64,000 nt of DNA from an uncultured Actinomycetes bacterium (GTDB taxonomy: Bacteria > Actinomycetota > Actinomycetes > Nanopelagicales > Nanopelagicaceae). Shown here piece after piece: positions 61,135 to 64,000 of this stretch. Under the pieces are notes generated by a model that saw only the letters and a list, made by a program, of their open reading frames with translations, was not told where the DNA came from and ran no database searches. The stretch spans positions 737-64,736 of the forward strand of contig CAIKCJ010000018.1 of NCBI GenBank assembly GCA_903825945.1, read 5' to 3'. Every line of letters begins with the position of its first letter. Positions within the stretch are counted from its first letter, which is position 1. The position numbers and the translations under genes were made by a program.

Positions 61135-62505
61135 TTAGGAGATTTTTACCTTAGCGATGGCTTGTTCCAGACGCCCGACTTCCATAATTTCAATTCCAGG
61201 AATCTTAAGGTCTGAACCAATGGGAACTATCGCTCGCTTAAATCCAAGTCGGGCAGCCTCATTGATGCGCTGCTGAGCACCAGTTACCTTGCGGATTTCT
61301 CCTGCAAGCCCAACCTCACCGATTGCTACAAGATCAGCTGGGAGAGCCAACCCTTTCGCGGCGGATGCGACTGCAAGTGCTACAGCCAAATCGGCGGAAG
61401 GCTCATTCATCTTCATTCCGCCAACGGTCGCCACATATACATCGCGGCCTGATAGTCGGATATGCGCGCGAAGTTCTAGTACAGCCAGCGTCATGGCAGT
61501 ACGTGGGTTATCAAGCCCAGAGGTGACGCGGCGAGCATTGCCGTAGTCGCGTCCTTCGGCAACCGGTGCGCCAACAAGTGCTTGAATTTCGGCGAGTAGC
61601 GGCCTGCGACCTTCTAGGGCAACTGTTACGCATGTGCCCGGAACAGGTTCTGTATGTCTGGTGGTGAATAGTCCGGTCGGATCAGGCAATCCAATGATTC
61701 CTGACTCTGACATATCAAAGCAACCAACTTCATCCGATGCACCAAAACGATTCTTAATTGCTCGAATAAGGCGAAGACGTGAGTGACGCTCACCTTCAAA
61801 ATTGAGAACTACATCGACCAAGTGCTCGAGTAGACGAGGACCCGCAATGGAACCATCTTTCGTAACATGTCCAACTAAAATAACCGTGATGTTTCGTTCT
61901 TTAGCGATGCGAATAAGCGCACCAGCAATTTCTCGAACTTGAGTAACGCCACCAGGTGCACCATCTACAGCAGCGCTAGCGATAGTTTGGATCGAATCAA
62001 TGATGAGAAGTTCTGGTTGGACTGCATCGATGTGACCAATAACCGCACTCAGTTCATTTTCTGCAGCAAGCCAGAGTTGGGGATTAATTGCATCGAGTCG
62101 TTGTGCGCGTAGTCGGACCTGCGATGCCGATTCTTCACCACTAATATAGAGCGCACGCATATTCTGCTTTGCTGACTCTGCGGCGACAGAGAGAAGCAGA
62201 GTCGATTTACCAACGCCTGGCTCACCAGCAAGAAGAATTGCAGCTCCCGGGACTAAACCGCCACCGAGTACTCGATCTAACTCACCAACTCCACTTGTAC
62301 GAGCCTTGGCGCTTTCAAGGCTGACTTCTCCGATCGGAGTTGCTGCTGTTGTTACCGGGCCTGCAACCAAGGAGAGCTTTTTTGGCGCGGCTACTTCTTC
62401 GACGCTACCCCAAGCCTGACATTCACCACAGCGTCCAACCCACTTCGTGGAAGTCCAACCACATTCTGTGCAGCGAAAGGGGTCTTTAGCGGGTGCTTTA
62501 GCCAT
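61135..62505 (-). CDS. radA: DNA repair protein RadA/Sms
   Basis: Zn ribbon FRCTECGWTSTKWVGRCGECQAWG, Walker A GEPGVGKST, KNRFG and a Lon-like C-domain. Confidence 0.95.
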   Translation of the reverse strand: MAKAPAKDPFRCTECGWTSTKWVGRCGECQAWGSVEEVAAPKKLSLVAGPVTTAATPIGEVSLESAKARTSGVGELDRVLGGGLVPGAAILLAGEPGVGKSTLLLSVAAESAKQNMRALYISGEESASQVRLRAQRLDAINPQLWLAAENELSAVIGHIDAVQPELLIIDSIQTIASAAVDGAPGGVTQVREIAGALIRIAKERNITVILVGHVTKDGSIAGPRLLEHLVDVVLNFEGERHSRLRLIRAIKNRFGASDEVGCFDMSESGIIGLPDPTGLFTTRHTEPVPGTCVTVALEGRRPLLAEIQALVGAPVAEGRDYGNARRVTSGLDNPRTAMTLAVLELRAHIRLSGRDVYVATVGGMKMNEPSADLAVALAVASAAKGLALPADLVAIGEVGLAGEIRKVTGAQQRINEAARLGFKRAIVPIGSDLKIPGIEIMEVGRLEQAIAKVKIS

Positions 62506-62518
62506 TGGCCATCACCAT

Positions 62519-63337
62519 CTACTTTTGGTTTGCTGCTGTAGCTGGGTGAATGACAAAAAGCGGTAAAGAATTTTTCTTCTGTTCTTTGGCGAGAAGCGCG
62601 ATTGCTTCCATGCGAGCATCACAGAACTTCACGAGCTCTTCGTAAGCAGGTGCACCCATGAGCGCAATTAGCTCATTGTTATTTGATTTATAAACTGGCT
62701 CTCTACCCACATGCGCTTCTGTATTAGCCGTGCAATACCAAGCGAACTCTGCACCACCATCGCCCCATGCCAGGCGCTCATATTCGCCAATTACTGTGAC
62801 CGAAATTTCGCGATCGCCAAATTCTCGAGTTTCAAAGCTGCGGCGAATAGGAAGCTGCCAGCAGACATCGGGTTTGGTATCAACAAAGTGAATATCTTCT
62901 TTTTGCGCCAAGTGATGAAGTACGCAGCCAAAGTTACCGGTGAAGCCTTCTGCCTCGTAACCCTTGCGGTTGAGGAAGATGCACGAGTCATCAACTTTGC
63001 GAGTCTTGCGATCGTTATCTAAACCGATCTCAGAAATACGGAGTTGGCCGCTCTTCTTCTTTGGTTGAGCTTCATCAAAAAATTGCCACATATCTGGAGT
63101 CAGACGCTTGGCTACCTCAAGGGTACGTAATTCATCAGCCTCATCAGAGTAGTAAGCGCCATCAGAGCAGCAACCTGCATCTGGCTTGTCCGCATCAATT
63201 CCGCAGCAACCGGCTCCATAGATACAGCTCCAATAGGAGGTGAGCCAGGTCAGGTCACAGCGAAAGATTTCTTCAGGCTTGGCTGGGTCAGCAAACTCCA
63301 CGAAATCGCGGGCAAATCCATCTTTAACTTCAGGCAT
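62519..63337 (-). CDS. Conserved Cys-rich hypothetical protein (possible Fe-S/Zn binding)
   Basis: 272 aa with SCIYGAGCCGID, AGCCSDG, DDSCIFLNR, FGCVLHH and DVCWQLPIRR. It heads the radA-mutY minus-strand unit. I cannot name the family with confidence. Confidence 0.6.
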   Translation of the reverse strand: MPEVKDGFARDFVEFADPAKPEEIFRCDLTWLTSYWSCIYGAGCCGIDADKPDAGCCSDGAYYSDEADELRTLEVAKRLTPDMWQFFDEAQPKKKSGQLRISEIGLDNDRKTRKVDDSCIFLNRKGYEAEGFTGNFGCVLHHLAQKEDIHFVDTKPDVCWQLPIRRSFETREFGDREISVTVIGEYERLAWGDGGAEFAWYCTANTEAHVGREPVYKSNNNELIALMGAPAYEELVKFCDARMEAIALLAKEQKKNSLPLFVIHPATAANQK

Positions 63338-63411
63338 AGTGGCTAGAGCCTAAGGGTTTCTAGGACTTTTGGCACAATCATTGCGAATGAATTATTGGTT
63401 ACTCTTTGGCT

Positions 63412-64000
63412 GTGGAAAACAATGCGGAACAGGCGCTCTCGATAGCGAATTCAACTGTTGGCTTTATCGGCGTCGGCAATATGGGCGAGGCGCTACTCGT
63501 TGGGTTGCTCAAAGCCGGAGCTAAGCCCTCTCAGATCTCATTCGCCGTCCGCAGAGCCGAGCGAAGCGTTGAGATTGTCAGTAAATATGGGATTAAGCCC
63601 GCAACTCTGACCGAGATGGCGAGCACATGTGATGTGCTTTTGATAATCGTAAAACCTCAAGATTTGACCACAGTCACAGACCTCATTGCGCCAGTTATCA
63701 ATCCGCAGAGTTTGGTCATTTCGTTCTTAGCGGGCAAGAAGACGCAGACAATTGCGCAATTGCTAGGCGGTAATCACTCTGTGATTCGAGTGATGCCAAA
63801 CACTCCAACCATGCTTGGAGTAGGAATGTCAGGTCTATCAGCAGGCGAGCATGTGAGCGACGGTCAGATCGCATATTCCAAAGAGTTTCTCGATGCGTGT
63901 GGAAAAGTAGTTCAGATTGATGAAGAATTGCAAGATGCCTTGGCTGCGACCAGCGGTTCGGGTCCGGCATACTTTTTCGCATTTGTAGAAGCGATGATCG
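63412..64000 (+). CDS. proC: Pyrroline-5-carboxylate reductase, 3' end cut by window edge
   Basis: My translation: ...TVGFIGVGNMGEALLVGLLKAG...LLIIVKPQD...VIRVMPNTP...SGSGPAYFFAFVEAM. The start is uncertain: GTG at 63412 or TTG at 63406, with an in-frame stop at 63388. Confidence 0.8.
   Translation, partial: MENNAEQALSIANSTVGFIGVGNMGEALLVGLLKAGAKPSQISFAVRRAERSVEIVSKYGIKPATLTEMASTCDVLLIIVKPQDLTTVTDLIAPVINPQSLVISFLAGKKTQTIAQLLGGNHSVIRVMPNTPTMLGVGMSGLSAGEHVSDGQIAYSKEFLDACGKVVQIDEELQDALAATSGSGPAYFFAFVEAMI

Overview
The window reads as a gene-dense chromosomal segment of a streamlined actinobacterium with moderate to low GC. GC was judged by eye, not computed. The taxon is inferred from two things. 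One is the classic actinobacterial synteny tilS-hpt-ftsH-folE-folP-folB-folK-panC...coaX-lysS...clpC plus radA/mutY. The other is the presence of MMPL, RipA-like, LysX/MprF-like, GuaB1 and short ArgA-type genes. I support about 65 protein-coding genes, including one frame-disrupted gene and two small ORFs absent from the supplied track. Intergenic spacers are very short and many gene pairs share ATGA-type start/stop overlaps. I found no rRNA, tRNA, CRISPR array, transposase, integrase or obvious defence system.

Functional blocks:
- 1-12.7 kb: an aromatic-acid catabolic island. It holds the protocatechuate 4,5-cleavage lower pathway (ligI/J/U/K), pobA, an aryl-alcohol dehydrogenase, a Liv-type ABC importer, an aldehyde dehydrogenase and an IclR regulator. 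A perfect 27-bp palindrome sits in the divergent promoter region.
- 12.8-26 kb: a mixed set. It includes an MFS transporter, DUF885, kynU-kynA, a broken nnrD, a GH13 alpha-glucosidase, a cytosine deaminase/NCS1 permease pair and guaB1.
- 26-34 kb: tatB, an MMPL transporter and a compact heme-copper oxidase operon. The operon order is CuA-like cupredoxin paralog, subunit II, I, III, with a divergent ctaG.
- 34-46 kb: envelope genes. These are an esterase, an aminoacyl-PG synthase, a beta-propeller protein, a NodB deacetylase, PBP4, ctaB, an ABC-2 transporter and an NlpC/P60 peptidase.
- 46-64 kb: the housekeeping block.

The most interesting items are all modest and none is a clear novel system:
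- the degenerate CuA-motif cupredoxin translationally coupled to the oxidase;
- the aaPG-synthase/esterase/propeller/deacetylase cluster;
- a 43-aa Cys-rich ORF coupled to DUF885;
- a 35-aa basic ORF upstream of the MMPL gene;
- a Cys-rich protein at the radA locus, which lacks disA.

All homology statements come from reading motifs and from memory of family sequences. No searches were run.
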